A DNA stretch of 64,000 nucleotides from Anthoceros angustus (taxonomy: Eukaryota > Plantae > Anthocerotophyta): the NCBI GenBank assembly GCA_010909165.1, contig MU008159.1:930001-994000 (forward strand), in the 5' to 3' direction. Shown one piece after another: positions 47,926 to 61,999 of the stretch; positions within the stretch are counted from its first letter, which is position 1, and each line of letters starts with the position of its first letter. A program made the position numbers and the translations under genes. The notes beneath the pieces were generated by a model, which did no database searches, was not told the DNA's origin, and was given only the letters and a program-made list of their open reading frames with translations.

Positions 47926-49640
47926 ATGGCTGAGGAGAAGGTGTGGTATCACTATAAGTCCGAAGGTCGATCTGGAATGGGCTCTTCTTCGAGTTGAATC
48001 GGGGAGCGATGTGGATGGACTGAGGGATGCAATATGGGAAAAGTCAAAGGAGCAGTTTAAGGTGTTCCTAAACATCAAGGTGGTTGACAACTTGGAACTA
48101 TGGAAGGAGGGAGGTACAAAGGCCCTAGAGCTGGACAGGGTTCTAACAGGTGGGTGGATCCAGTGTTTAAAGATGGTGAAAAGAAGAAAGTTTCTGTCAC
48201 CCCTGTTGGGCAGAAAACTCGGATCATGCTTTTGTTGTCAGTGACCGCATCCCTCGTGATCTGGGATCTATAGGTGATGTCTTGGGTAGGCCTGCCGCAA
48301 TGAGTTCGAGGAAGAAGCTCACAGTATGGAACTGGCGAAGGCAATCTTAGTCCCGTTTGAGCATGTTCCAAGAACACTTGACGAGCTGCGAGATGCCTTA
48401 AGTAGTAGGCCTTTGCGGAAACTTCCTTTACATCGCATGTTTTGGAATCGTGTGAAGATGTATGAAGCGCTAGGGAAATCTTGAATTGGAAAGTTCTCCC
48501 ACTGCAACAGTTATTTCTTGTTCGGTCGAAGCGGCATATTCCGAGTGCATCAAGAAGCATCGCTATGGCACTATGGATTCTGCCAAAGTAAAGGCGACAT
48601 TGTGGGATAGGATCTTTTGTGGTTTTGGGAAACTCTGCTTGAGAGCTGAAATTCAGAGTGATCTGGAATATAGTCGGGACCAATGTAGTACTAGTAGCCT
48701 CTCGTCTGGTAGGAGCAGGAGCTATCTGTCGTTGCTGGTCTATGGCAAGGGGTAGTATACTTTGAGGAAGATTCAGGCCGGGCCAGTGATGCTGCACAGC
48801 AAGCAAGGAAGAAAGTGAAGACGTGGGATCCTAAGTATTTTAAAGATATGCAATATATGGTTTGTGTAGCTACCAAGATGACCCGATTCCATGTGTTTGC
48901 CTCTAGTCCTGGTAAGGATTGGTTTCCTCTTATTAATGCCCAAACAGTAGATTTGATAAGTGGGTTTTGCACAGCCATCAAGACTTCTATTAACTTTCTG
49001 CGATATGCTCTGACATGGGCTCCTGAGTTGGAAACTACTCCGAGAAAGAAGATTCTGTTTACCGACTCTCAAAAGTATGCAGAAAATATCGTCAGAACTA
49101 TTGATGAGCTACGATCTGGTGTTGTGAAGAAAACCATATTCCCATGGAGTAAACACGAAGAAGCTGGCTACACCAAATTGGCTTATGTCCAGAAAGCCAT
49201 GGAGGAGTTGAAGATCTATGCAGCAGTTCCCCTACTGTGTCAAAGGATTTGTACACAAGCAAACTAAAGCACATGGGTGTGCAGAAGAGGCCTGTGGATT
49301 GTTCGGAACTCAAAGCTTGTTTGGCAGATATTTTAAAGAGTTTGGCAAAGCTGCACAGGGTCAATCTTGTACACAGGGATATTAGATGGGCTAATATTGT
49401 GTATGTACAGATTATCGAGATGTGGTGGCTCATAGACTTTGAAACTGTGTGGGAGTCGGGTCATGTGCCAGAATGCGCCCTGCACTGCTTTAAAGATGTT
49501 TTGGGCCAAGACAGGCCCTTTGATTTGAAGACAGACCTAAAGTTGGTTGGCCGACTCATCAGTGACCTGCGCTCAGGTGGGATGCGATGATTTGCTGGAT
49601 TTGAAGGTGATCTTCTGGGAGGCAAGTTTGTTCATGCTGG
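47926..49640 (+). CDS. Crinkler/RHS (CR)-type protein: ubiquitin-like header, putative restriction-endonuclease-fold domain, kinase; frameshifts or stops present
   Basis: MAEEKVWYHY..VESGSDVDGLRDAIWEK..VVDNLELWK (CRN header-like); middle RDQCSTSSLSSGR..YFEED..WDPKYF; kinase LADILKSLAKLHRVNLVHRDIRWANIV..WWLIDFE..TDLKLVGRLI. Confidence 0.7.
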
Positions 49641-50299
49641 TGATGCTCACGGCTATGGTCCCAACTTGTATGGGCGGTGAAGGCCAACTTGCTATGCCAT
49701 TCACAACATATGCAAAGTTGAAGGAAAGTGACAATATTACTTTTGATTGCCTTACGAGCGCAGTGGGCGGTGCCTTGCGGAAGGCGGGCAGCTTGCCACT
49801 GCTATCGCCGTGAGCCGGTAGAGAAGCTCAACGAGAAGGGCGGACACCGATCGGCGTCGGATGAGGCATCCGGTGAAGAACGTTCTCATCGCATCTGCAC
49901 GGTCAAGCGGATCTTGGACTAATTGTGGAGGAGTGCGAATCATGTAAAGAATCATCAAGGACTCGCCATATCCAAAGTGATCAAACCGCTCCTCAATAGT
50001 ATGAACATATCCACGAAGTGATAGTATAATAATCTCGCCTCAACACCTCGGTAAAAACAAGAAATGACTTCCTTGTCGAATCGCCACTTGAGCTTAAAGG
50101 TCACTCAATTCAAATTCCATGGAGGTATGTAGGGACTTGGTGCTTCTTTACCACCTTTAGACACGGAAGTCGATCGGCGTCGGATGAGGCATCCGGTGAA
50201 GAACGTTCTCATCGCATCTGCACGTCAAGCGGATCTTGGACTAATTGTGGAGGAGTGCGAATCAGCATGAAATCATCAACCGTTTGCTTGATTATCAAG

Positions 50300-53200
50300 G
50301 TTCCCAGTTGCTAGCTCTCACAACAAAAGGCATGAGCTGTTGCTACAGCGCCTAGGCATCGGGGCTTCCTAGAGCCGCAATAGAATCAGCCGAACCGGGC
50401 TGATTTATTGAGCTTGAGCCTCGGCCGGATTCTGTCAGAGCCATCCAAGACTCACCAAAAGGATCGATTCAATCCACGGCGCTTTGTTCTAATCCGCTCG
50501 TGATTTCAGAGATCGACCATTCCTCGGCGGATCCAGAATACACGAAAAAGGCTTGCGATGAGGAGCGATGAGTTTTCATACTAAGCAAGGCTAGTCACTT
50601 GCTGAAGTGATCGGCATATGCGCTTGCGGCTAGTCAATACGGAATAGCGCGTGAACACCCACCGTGCCCGTGCAAGTGGTGGGAATCACGTGTTGTGCCA
50701 AAGACAAACATTGCGGTTAGCAGGAGGAACAAAGTCGACGAGTTCAATTTCAAGCTGCCAAAAACATGGACGGTGATACTATCTCATCAAGGCTGCGTGC
50801 GGACTAGATCCATGGCGAAGTGGAAGAAATGGCTGCTGATCCGGCTCAATTCTGAGCCCGAGCCTCGGGCGTGAAGACACGAGGGCCGGCGCAAGGGTGG
50901 AGTCAAAAGAAAACCGGGGCCGGCCAGGAAAGCGAATCACACACTGGCGAGGAGTCTTGAAGGCGGGCGGGAGTTTCAATGCCTGGAGGCCAGACACATC
51001 ACGGACACACGGTGACACAGAGTTAGAGGAGCTGCGGCGGGTCATGAGGGCGGCGTCCGGATCGAGGAACATACGGAGATCATGTTGCGGTGGGGATTGA
51101 ACCCGCGCCGGCGAAGCTCAACAAATCGCACATTGGAGGAACAAAAATGCAGCATGAGAGGTTAGTCGCGAGTTGCTTGCACAAAATGCGAGCGAGAACA
51201 AGCAGCAGAGACATGCTTGCTCAAGTGCTTCAAAGGCCAACCTCGGGACAAGAGAGCCATCGACGAGCAGCCTTGCCAGGTCAACCACGATCATAGAGGA
51301 AATGATGAGCTTCGATAATGTGCACCCCAGGCTGCAACAACCCTGACATATGCTCAACTGTACGATCGCGTCGGCGGCTCTTAAGCATTTCGGAGTTCAA
51401 GGTCCGCACAAGAAGGCGGGAGGATCCCAAAATAGCGGAAATTGCAAGGAGTTGCAAATTTGTTGGCGCATGCTAAAATCACACTTCCACTCTCTGCGGC
51501 ATCCACATTGTGGTCGACTGGATGTTTATGTAGGCGCCATGGTAGGTCTCATACAAGGCTAGGAAGCACCAATATTGTGATGATCCAACGCGATGTGAAA
51601 GGCCCGGCTAGTCAATACGGAATAGCGAGCCGTGAACACCCACCGTGCGTGCAAGTGGTGGGAATCACGTGTTGTGCCAAAGACAAACATTGCGGTTAGG
51701 TTGGAGAGGAACAAAGTCGAGTTCAATTTCCAAGCTGCCAAAAACATGGACGGTGATACTATCTCATCAAGGCTGCGTGGCGGACTAGATCCATGGCGAA
51801 GTGGAAGAAATGGCTGCTGATCCACCATCGAGCCAGGCCCGTGAGTCGGGCGTGAAGACACGAGGAGCCTAGGCGCAAGGGTGGAGTCGAAACCGGGCAC
51901 AGAAAGAGATCACGCACACACGGCGAGGGAGTCTGAGGCGGGCGGGAGTTTCAATGCAGGAGGGAGACACATCACGGACACACAGTGACACGAGTTAGAG
52001 GAGCTGGGCGGTCATGAGGGACGGCGTCCGGATCGAGAACATACGGAGATCATGTTGCGGTGGGGTCAGAACCGCATAGGCGAAGCTCAACAAATCACCT
52101 GCACATTGGAGGAACAAAAATGCAGCATGAGAGGTTAGTCGCGAGTTGCTTGCACAAAATGCGAGCGAGAACAAGCGAGAGACATGCTTGCTCAAGTGCT
52201 TCAAAGGCCAACCTCGGGACAAGAGAGCCATCGACCGAGAAACAGCCTTGCCACAGGTCAACCACGATCATAGAGAAATGATGAGCTTTGATGTGCACGG
52301 AGCACGCAGCAACCCGGCATATATCTGCTCACTGTACGATCGGCGGTAACGGCTCTTAAGCATTTCGAGTTCAAGTGCAGCGCAAGAAGGCGGGAGGATC
52401 CCAAAATAGCGAAATTGCAAGGAGAGTTGCAAGTAGCAAGGCATGCGAGCTCGGACTCAGCGGTAGCCGAGCTGGGGTCGAGCTTGCTCGATGAGGACTG
52501 AGCCATCCGAGGCAGACTTGAGGCGTGCCAAGGTTGAAGTTTTGTCGGGCAGACCCGAGCAAGGCAGGAGTGGGCACAGCATTCTCGACCTACCGAGCGA
52601 TGAGTATCGAGAAAAGGAGAAGGTTGATTTCAGCCCATTACACGATCACTTGGCGGGCGTGGTGGGACAACGAAGGAAGCGACAAAAAGGAGACAAGCCT
52701 ACCATCAATCTTGGGATGTCATGAAGTCCGTGCTGCAGACCTTTTGCCCAAGGATCACAAAGAAAGGTGTTGAGTCGACGCAATGCAGCGTTGAAGCACT
52801 GCAGAACCTTGGAAGACTTTCACCTTGCATTCATGAAGGCAATGTTAAAAGCGGATCTCGAGCAAGAAGCAAAAGATCACCAAGTGGAGGTAACGATCTT
52901 CTATCTGCAGCAGTGAGGAGCGATTGTGAATGACTTTGTGCTTTAAGAAGCGTCAAGGCACTCTCGGAGTTTAGGTGAGGAATGAAATCAACCCACGGGA
53001 TACCTACCTACCAAGTGGGCGTCGGACCTCGACAAGCCGATCCTCACACTTGGATACAAACAGCACCCAAAGTCGTACCTTCATAGCCGGATGACAAAAG
53101 GCATGAGCTGTTGCTACAGCGCCTAGGCATCGGGGCTTCCTAGAGCCGCAATAGAATCAGCCGAACCGGGCTGATTTATTGAGCTTGAGCCTCCGTCGAG

Positions 53201-55700
53201 GGCAATCCACTATGGTGGTAGCTGTTGCTAGCTCTCACAACAAAAGGCATGAGCTGTTGCTACAGCGCCTAGGCATCGGGGCTTCCTAGAGCCGCAATAG
53301 AATCAGCCGAACCGGGCTGATTTATTGAGCTTGAGCCTCGGCCGGATTCTGTCAGAGCCATCCAAGACTCACCAAAAGGATCGATTCAATCCACGGCGCT
53401 TTGTTCTAATCCGCTCGTGATTTCAGAGATCGACCATTCCTCGGCGGATCCAGAATACACGAAAAAGGCTTGCGATGAGGAGCGATGAGTTTTCATACTA
53501 AGCAAGGCTAGTCACTTGCTGAAGTGATCGGCATATGCGCTTGCGGCTAGTCAATACGGAATAGCGCGTGAACACCCACCGTGCCCGTGCAAGTGGTGGG
53601 AATCACGTGTTGTGCCAAAGACAAACATTGCGGTTAGCAGGAGGAACAAAGTCGACGAGTTCAATTTCAAGCTGCCAAAAACATGGACGGTGATACTATC
53701 TCATCAAGGCTGCGTGCGGACTAGATCCATGGCGAAGTGGAAGAAATGGCTGCTGATCCGGCTCAATTCTGAGCCCGAGCCTCGGGCGTGAAGACACGAG
53801 GGCCGGCGCAAGGGTGGAGTCAAAAGAAACCGGGGCCGGCCAGGAAAGCGAATCACACACTGGCGAGGAGTCTTGAAGGCGGGCGGGAGTTTCAATGCCT
53901 GGAGGCCAGACACATCACGGACACACGGTGACACAGAGTTAGAGGAGCTGCGGCGGGTCATGAGGGCGGCGTCCGGATCGAGGAACATACGGAGATCATG
54001 TTGCGGTGGGGATTGAACCCGCGCCGGCGAAGCTCAACAAATCGCACATTGGAGGAACAAAAATGCAGCATGAGAGGTTAGTCGCGAGTTGCTTGCACAA
54101 AATGCGAGCGAGAACAAGCAGCAGAGACATGCTTGCTCAAGTGCTTCAAAGGCCAACCTCGGGACAAGAGAGCCATCGACGAGCAGCCTTGCCAGGTCAA
54201 CCACGATCATAGAGGAAATGATGAGCTTCGATAATGTGCACCCCAGGCTGCAACAACCCTGACATATGCTCAACTGTACGATCGCGTCGGCGGCTCTTAA
54301 GCATTTCGGAGTTCAAGGTCCGCACAAGAAGGCGGGAGGATCCCAAAATAGCGGAAATTGCAAGGAGTTGCAAGTAGCAAGGCATGCAAGAGCTCGGACT
54401 CAAGCGGTAGGCTGCGTCGAGCTTGCTTCGATGAGGACTGAGCCATCCGAGGCAGCGACTTGAGGCGTGCCAAGTTCGAAGTTTTGTATGTCGGGACGCG
54501 GCCCAGCAAGCTGCGGAGTGGGCAGCATTCTCGACCTACTTGAGCGTGAGTATGACGGAAAGGAGAAGGTTGATTTCGCAGCCCATTACACGATCACTTG
54601 GCGGGCGTGGTGGGACAACGAAAGGAAGCAAAAGGAGACAAGCCTACCATCCAATCTTGGGATGTCATGAAGTCCTCTGCTGTTGTTTCACCTAGCGAGT
54701 TTTACCGGTGAGGAAGGTGTGAGGTGCTTAGTGCGGGGGGTAAGAATCTGAGTAGCCGATGGCATGCACGATTTGCAAGCCTTGCAGGCTTCCGTGTCCA
54801 CACCACCACCATGGTGCCAACACCGTGGGCCAGGAATGGAGACTCACGGTGAGGAGGCGAGGGCTCTGCGCTCCCAGGCCGTTGTGAGGCGACGATGATC
54901 GCCGGTAATCCAGCGGTATGGGCGTCGATTGGAGAGGTTCACAAGTTCGATACATGCGGTAGGCGAGGTTAGTCGCAGAGTTGCTTGCACAAAATGCGAG
55001 AGCGAGAAGCGAGAGACATGCTTGCTCAAGTGCTTCAAAGGCCAACCTCGGGACAAGAGGCCATCGACGAGCAGCCTTGCTGCAGGTCAACCACGATCAT
55101 AGAGGAAATGATGAGCACCCCGATGTGCACCCCAGGGCTGCAACAACCCCGATATCTCCACATCCACGATCGCGTCGGTGACTCTTAAGCATTTCGAGTT
55201 CAAGGTGCAGCACAAGAAGGCGGGAGGATCCCAAAATAGCGGAAATTGCAAGGAGTTGCAAGTAGCAAGGCATGCGAGCTCGGACTCAGCGGTAGCCGAG
55301 CTGGGGTCGAGCTTGCTCGATGAGGACTGAGCCATCCGAGGCAGACTTGAGGCGTGCCAAGGTTGAAGTTTTGTCGGGCAGACCCGAGCAAGGCAGGAGT
55401 GGGCACAGCATTCTCGACCTACCGAGCGATGAGTATCGAGAAAAGGAGAAGGTTGATTTCAGCCCATTACACGATCACTTGGCGGGCGTGGTGGGACAAC
55501 GAAGGAAGCGACAAAAAGGAGACAAGCCTACCATCAATCTTGGGATGTCATGAAGTCCGTGCTGCAGACCTTTTGCCCAAGGATCACAAAGAAAGGTGTT
55601 GAGTCGACGCAATGCAGCGTTGAAGCACTGCAGAACCTTGGAAGACTTTCACCTTGCATTCATGAAGGCAATGTTAAAAGCGGATCTCGAGCAAGAAGCA
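50300..55700 (+). repeat. Patchwork of repeated blocks upstream of a Gypsy gag, including two apparently exact duplications
   Basis: ~50310-51455 = ~53225-54370 and ~52425-52872 = ~55255-55700 (identical ORFs in the track); noisier copies at 51605-52420 and 54965-55250. Confidence 0.85.
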
Positions 55701-56259
55701 AAATTGGCAAGGCTGCGATGCGATCAAACGAATACAAGCTCGGGATTAGCGGCAGCATTGTAAGACAATGGAGGAAGCTATGCGACCATGGACATCGAGC
55801 ACTACGGCGTGAAGGCCCACGTACCGGTATTCCGGTCTCATGAGCGCCACAACCAACAGCGGCAATTTACTCTGCGGCCCGGTCCTATCACACCGGTGAA
55901 ATACCACGCTCCCACATGGAAGCCAAGAATTTGAACACGCAAGGCCGGTCGCACAAATGAGCGGCAAGGAGAATTAAAGCCCATCAATTCGGTAGTGATG
56001 GAGAAAGAATTCGCACTCTAGCCCGACTATAGTGAGGGTTAGAAATAACGGTCGTCATCATCCAGTGCACGGATGACACCGGTAGTCGTCTCGATCGGTG
56101 GTCTTGTCTTTTGGGCGCAATATTGAAGCAAATACGGAAGTTCGTCGGACTAGGAGGCCGACATAGACATTGCAACTTGTAAACTTTCGTGGCCAAGCGT
56201 CTCTTCCTGGACATTTTCATCTCCAAAGACCAGTTCTTCTCTCCTCGACTTCCGGGCTT

Positions 56260-59200
56260 GACAACTTCTTTCGCTTTGACAATTCACTCTTTCTCGAAGA
56301 GTAAGTTTTGTCGGACAATGAACTTCGGTTGAAACTCATGGAGCGCAAATACTCAACTTTCTATGCCCTTGTTCCCTGTCACGAGGATTGTGAGTATGTA
56401 ATTTCTAGTTGAAATCAATCGGAGGCTAAACTCTTTGTAGCGAGATCAACAAGTGATCTTGATAGAAGAAGCAAAATTGGCAAGGTCTTTGCGATGCGAT
56501 CAAACACGAATACAAGCTCGGGATTAGCGGCGGCATTGTAAGGCGATGGAGGAAGCTATGCAAGCACCATGGACGCCGAGCACTACGTGAAGGCCCGTAC
56601 CGGTTTCCGGTCTCAGCGCCACAACCAACAACGGCTACTCGGCTATCCTATCACACCGGTGAAATACCTGCTCCCACATGGAAGCCAAAGAACACCGCAA
56701 GGCGGTCGCACAAATGAGCGGCAGGAGAATTAAAGCCCATCGGTCGGTAGTGATGGAGAAAGAATTCATAAGGCCAAAGGGCTTTGCTTCATATGTGCGA
56801 GCGAATCATGTATAGAGGCTGCCTTACAGCATGTATGGTAAGTGGTGAGGAGCCGCAATAGCAACGGGCATGCCGTTGCCAAAGTTAATGCTTGCACAAG
56901 TGCAGCCGAATCAAGTGATGGTACGCACGCACATCGAGCAACCAAGTCGGATGGTTGTAAGAATGGTCGCAGTAGAGGCTGGAAAAACCAAGACTGAAGG
57001 TGAGACTTACGAACATCTTAAGCACGATCCATATATTGATGGCATGTTGGGTGGCGACCGGTGTCCTTTCTCATTGATGGAAACACACGATTGTATGCGG
57101 GCGTGATAAGAGATGCACGGTGTCAAGTGGTTTTGCAAGGAAATGGAACAATACATGAAGTTAGCCAATGGAGCCATCGAGAGTAAACATGCACGAAATC
57201 CAAGTGACATCTCCTTTCAAGGTATGAAGAGGCATTCAAAGTCCTAGATGCATCATGAAGTCTTGTTAGGGCAGGATTGGCTGGCACTTGACCCGAAATA
57301 TCATTTAGGAGGCATGAAATGACGTTTGGAAAGGAGAGGGTGGCGGTCAAGGGCTCTCCTGGCGTCCGAGCATCAAGCTCTTTTCGGCCGGATCTGCAGG
57401 AAGGCCATCAAAGCTGGAGCGTTGGAGTATCGCCTTCTTGTTCAGCTGCGCGTAGAGCAAGAGCCTACAAGCACACTGAAACAGCGGATGTCGAACCACC
57501 GGTCGGATCAAAGGAAGAATGGAACCCCAGAGTGAAGGAAATTTTGCGGTTCAAAGGCGTTTTGAGGAGACACAGGATTGCCACCAAGGCGTGATGTGGA
57601 TCATGCAATAGATCTCATCCACAGGCCAAACATGGCCCGTCCGCCTATAGACTAGCACCACGAGAACTTGTGCAGCTGCGATGGGCGACCTTTTGAAGAA
57701 AGGCCTCATAGAGTCGTGTCCCCATCGCAGCTCGGTCTGATTGTCAACACGGGAATGGCAAAGTGCGCATGTGCACCAGGGTTGAAACGCTTCCACGGTG
57801 AAGAAAATTGATCCCCCACATTGTTGGCGCTAAGCGGTGTTAGAAAGCGGCCGGTTCCTACCTCTTTAACAAGGTCACGAGCAGCTAAGTAAGTGTCACA
57901 TAACGACCGACCAGCAATGCGCCATAACTCTGGACCGGCTCACGCAAGGTATTCCCACCTCCATTGAGTTTGGGCATCAGGCGTTTCAACGCCAATTTTT
58001 GACCACATCTTTGGGAACTTTACAAGCTGTTAGATTTTGAAACAAAGAGTCCATGAAAATCATGAGACACCGAGGATGGGCGGTGATCAGCGGCGGAAAC
58101 CATATTGAACCATACAGGCCAACCGGTGGCGAGTAGAAAAACTCCTACGAAGCCGGTGAAGGGTACATCAAGGTCAAATCCGAAATGTTGTGCCCCACCA
58201 AGATATCCGCATCTAGCCGGTGCAACTTGATCATTAAGTTGTTTAATAAAGCTCGTTCACGATAGCAAAATGAGAATTAGATGGACTTCCAAGTTTTGCT
58301 ATAGCGGAGGAATTCTTCATTCACTTCCATTGGCACCATAGCGAGGCGATAGTTATACCTTCCTTGCATCTTAGGACATTTGAGCGGCTTTGGCATTGAT
58401 GGAGGCTCAACACGATATGCGAGGCGGCAGCTAGAGATGCACGGTGTCAAGTGGTTTTGCAAGGAAATGGAACAATACATGAAGTTAGCCAATGGAGCCA
58501 TCGAGAGTAAACATGCACGAAATCCAAGTGACATCTCCTTTCAAGGGTATGAAGACGAGTCGCTCAAGTCCTAGATGCACATGAAGTCTTGTTGGGGCAG
58601 GATTGGCTATGGCGGACCCGAAATATCATTTAGGAGGCATGAAATGACGTTGATGGAAAGGAGAGGGTGGCGGTCGAGGCTCTCACCAACGTCCGCATCA
58701 AGCTCTTTTGGATCTGCAGGAAGGCCATCAAAGCTGGAGCGTTGGAGTATCGCCTTCTTGTTCATTGCGGGCGTAGAGCAAGAGCCTACAAGCACTGGCA
58801 ACGGATGTAACCACCGGTCGGATCAAAGGAGAGAATGAGGAACCCCAAATTTTGGAAGCGGTTCAAAGGCGTTTTGAGGAGACACAAGGATTGCCACCAA
58901 GGCGTGATGTGGATCATGCAATAGATCTCATCCACAGGCCAAACATGGCTCCGCCCTATAGACTAGCACCACCGAGAGAACTTGCGGGTGCAGCTGCGAT
59001 GGGCGACCTTTTGAAGAAAGGCCTCATGAGAGTCTGTGTCCCCATCACGCAGCTCCGGTCTTGATTGTCACGGGAATGGCAAAGTGCGCATGTGCATAGA
59101 CTACAGGGTTGAGCACGCTTCCGGTGAAGAATCGGTTTCGAGATGCGCGCATCGAAATATTGGATAATCTTGTCGGAGCCCAGTGTTTAGCAAGGTGGAT

Positions 59201-59342
59201 CTGCGGGCGGGTTCCATCAAATCCGCATCAAGGCGGGGCGAATTCAAATCCGCCTTAGAACGCAGTGCAGGCACTGTCGGTTGTCTTGCCTTTTGGTATG
59301 ACCAACGCCCTGCTTTAACTTTGATGACCAAGATTTTGAGGC
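56260..59342 (+). pseudogene. Degenerate Ty3/Gypsy gag-protease-RT (third family), with a PR-RT duplication and an integrase scrap
   Basis: GLCFIC knuckle near 56780; GMLGGD..FLIDG protease near 57040; LPPRRDVDHAIDL, MCIDYR, FSKVDLRAG, LPFGMTNAP; 57110-57800 repeats at 58430-59130. Confidence 0.82.
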
Positions 59343-59615
59343 CCCTACTAGAAATGGCATATGTTACACTTTATGTTAAGATTTGGACCCCTGGATGTAA
59401 CACTCATGTTGCAATTTTGGGGTCATGTAACACTTTTGGGCCCCTTGTTACACTTTGGCTTGGAAACCATACCACTACATTGTTGCAATCATGTTGCAAT
59501 AGTGTTGCAATTATGTTAAGATGAAGTGAGAGGTGGTTTTGCCTCTCTCAAAATTGCAACATGATTGCAACATATAAAATGTTACAAGAAAAGTCTTGTA
59601 ACACTTTTGGAGGCT
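59343..59615 (+). mobile_element. CACTA/EnSpm-like terminus with subterminal repeats; the element probably runs past the window end
   Basis: CCCTACTAGAAA (one mismatch from CACTACTAGAAA) exactly where the RT breaks off, followed by >10 TGTAACA/TGTTACA/TGTTGCAA repeats in both orientations. Confidence 0.6.
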
Positions 59616-61509
59616 TGGTACCGAACCTCCTCCCCATCCACCATTGCCTTTTACTTTTGCCCTTGAAATACCACGTTTTACTTGGTATTTACCACCGATA
59701 CACCCTTCAATATGACCATATACAAATACAATCAATACATCCTTGTACTATATGTAATCTACTGATAAATGTACTATATTATTCTAAGTGCTATCTTCAA
59801 TTTCATATAAAATAAGTTTGTATATTACGCGTATTACATCGTACCTGCATACATATTCATGGTACCATACTTTGTATTTACTATACGTAAATAGCGCCCT
59901 TTATACCCCTACTTTATAGCATGGCGTCCGGTTTGTCCTTCCCATCACCAATAGCCACTTCTCACATGGCGCCCAAGAAGATATTGTCCCCACCTATCAC
60001 CTTCGTGACGCATCCAGGTAAGCTGATCAGTTAGCTAGTTACGCAACAATTTGACAGAAATCACGATGTCGGAGCGGTCTTGGCCTCGACCTTGCAATGC
60101 TCGCAAGTACAAGATCCTTGCGGCTGTACACATGATCCCATACCACAATCCTTCACCAACATCATGTCACATTGGTTACGCATCCTGAAAAATTGAATCA
60201 CGGCGAACGGGTCTCTACTTGAAATCACAGAACGGGCCTCCTCCTCTTCCTTTCCCTCTCCCCTCCTTCATCTCCCCTCCATCTCCCCTCCTTCCTCCCC
60301 TTCTCCTTATAAAGCTTGACCCTCAAGCCGTGGCAAAAGAACATAGTTTTGAACATTTTCACCTTAGTTATAATAGTTGAGGCGTGCATATACATCTCAA
60401 GCTCCTGACTAGTTGCATTCCTTGTACAACGACAAGCATGTCGAGTTGTAAGGTGGACGGAAATTGCACAAGCTACATTGCAAGCGAACAACAGACATTA
60501 ATCCCACCCATCTCTTCCGATTTTCCATCACACCTCGAGCCTTTCCATCAAAAAGTCAAGCTACCACATTCTCGCCCACCGCAAAAAGCGCAATCTAATA
60601 ATTTGAACAAGCGAGACCACGCGGCGAGCAAACTAAGGACAAAACAAAGCGTACATACAGAAATCAATAAAGTTGGTTCACACCTTCCTCGGGATTTGAG
60701 CAAGCGTATACCACACATGATCAAATGCTCTACCAAGCGATTCGTGCTTGGTAGAGCATTATATCTCTCATTTTCTTGACCTTGATGAGAATTAGTCACT
60801 GACTAACTCAAACTTTACTTGGCGACAATAAACAATTGATCTGCTGCAACCTCATCATCCACGCTCTCCGAATTCATCGGCTTCCTTGCAACCATGGGCC
60901 GGATCAGCGAGGCACTCTCATGGCGAGACCTTTGCGGCCCCGCTCCTTGGTGGCCAATTCGGCCGCTACTGCCGTGCACACTGCGCCGCGCGAGCATCAA
61001 TCTTGACACGGCGTGTCTGAGCCTTCCATCCATGAGCCACGGCGGAAGGCAATTCGAAAGCAAGGGCACCTAATCTCCGCCGCTTCTCCTTCTCCCGGTC
61101 CACAGTGTTGACTCGATTTCGCAAGCACATCCTCCAGCACATTCTGAATTGGCTGCCCTCCAGAATCCGCTCCAAACCGGGTAGATCCGAGCTTAGGTCA
61201 GGTGCTTGCCGCAAGCACGAACTCCCAGTGTAGACAAGTTTGCGAAGAAAGGATCCTCGAAATACAGGATGCTTGGTGGAAGATGTCTGTGATCGGCGTG
61301 GCAGCGGGGGGCCGGGAGAATGTGTTTTTCAAAGTGATTAATATCTAAAACTACGTTGGCTGTTAAGCAACAATTATTGTTCTAGTGGCTAGCCTACCAT
61401 GGACTGGGCGGTTATGTGTTCAAACCTCCTACCCGGCGGTTATGTGTTCAAACCTCCTACCCGCTGTAATCCATTTTAAATGTCCTCACCACACTCGGAT
61501 ATGCGAGAC

Positions 61510-61845
61510 CCGTCAGGTCCAAACGGGGATGCGACTTGACGGAGCCGATCCCGTTATGTCTGAACGGAACTGTTAGGATCGGACGGAGCCGTTGGGACAG
61601 GACAGGCTCCTTATGACAGAACTTGACGGAGCTGTTACCGTTAGGGCTGCACGGAGCCGTTAAGATCGGACGGAGCCGTTGGGACGGGAAAGGCTCCTTA
61701 GGGTCGAATGGGACGGATGGGCTTCTCAGCTCCAAACGAGACGGGATGTGCTCATGATGTGGGGACGGGGCCCGTTGGATTCGGACGGCTGCTAAGTTCG
61801 ACGTTGGAACGGGACGGGACCCGTTGGATGCAGATGAAGCCGCGT
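61510..61845. repeat. Cluster of GACGG(A/G)GCCGTT-type short repeats
   Basis: More than 10 GACGG/CCGTT motifs with small inverted pairs, followed by an AT-rich tract; resembles transposon subterminal arrays. Confidence 0.65.
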
Positions 61846-61999
61846 TAAGTGTATTTCATTGTTTACTAAATATCTGATTAATTATACACTATATTGATTA
61901 AATATAAAATTAATCATTAAGAATTAAAATTATTTGTTAAGAACTAAAATTACTGTTAAAATTACCTAAATCCACACCAAGCGGTGTGGCTCAGAACCT

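Noticed and set aside
48075-48806. 243-aa minus-strand ORF
   Set aside because: Antisense shadow of the Crinkler-like gene; no motifs.
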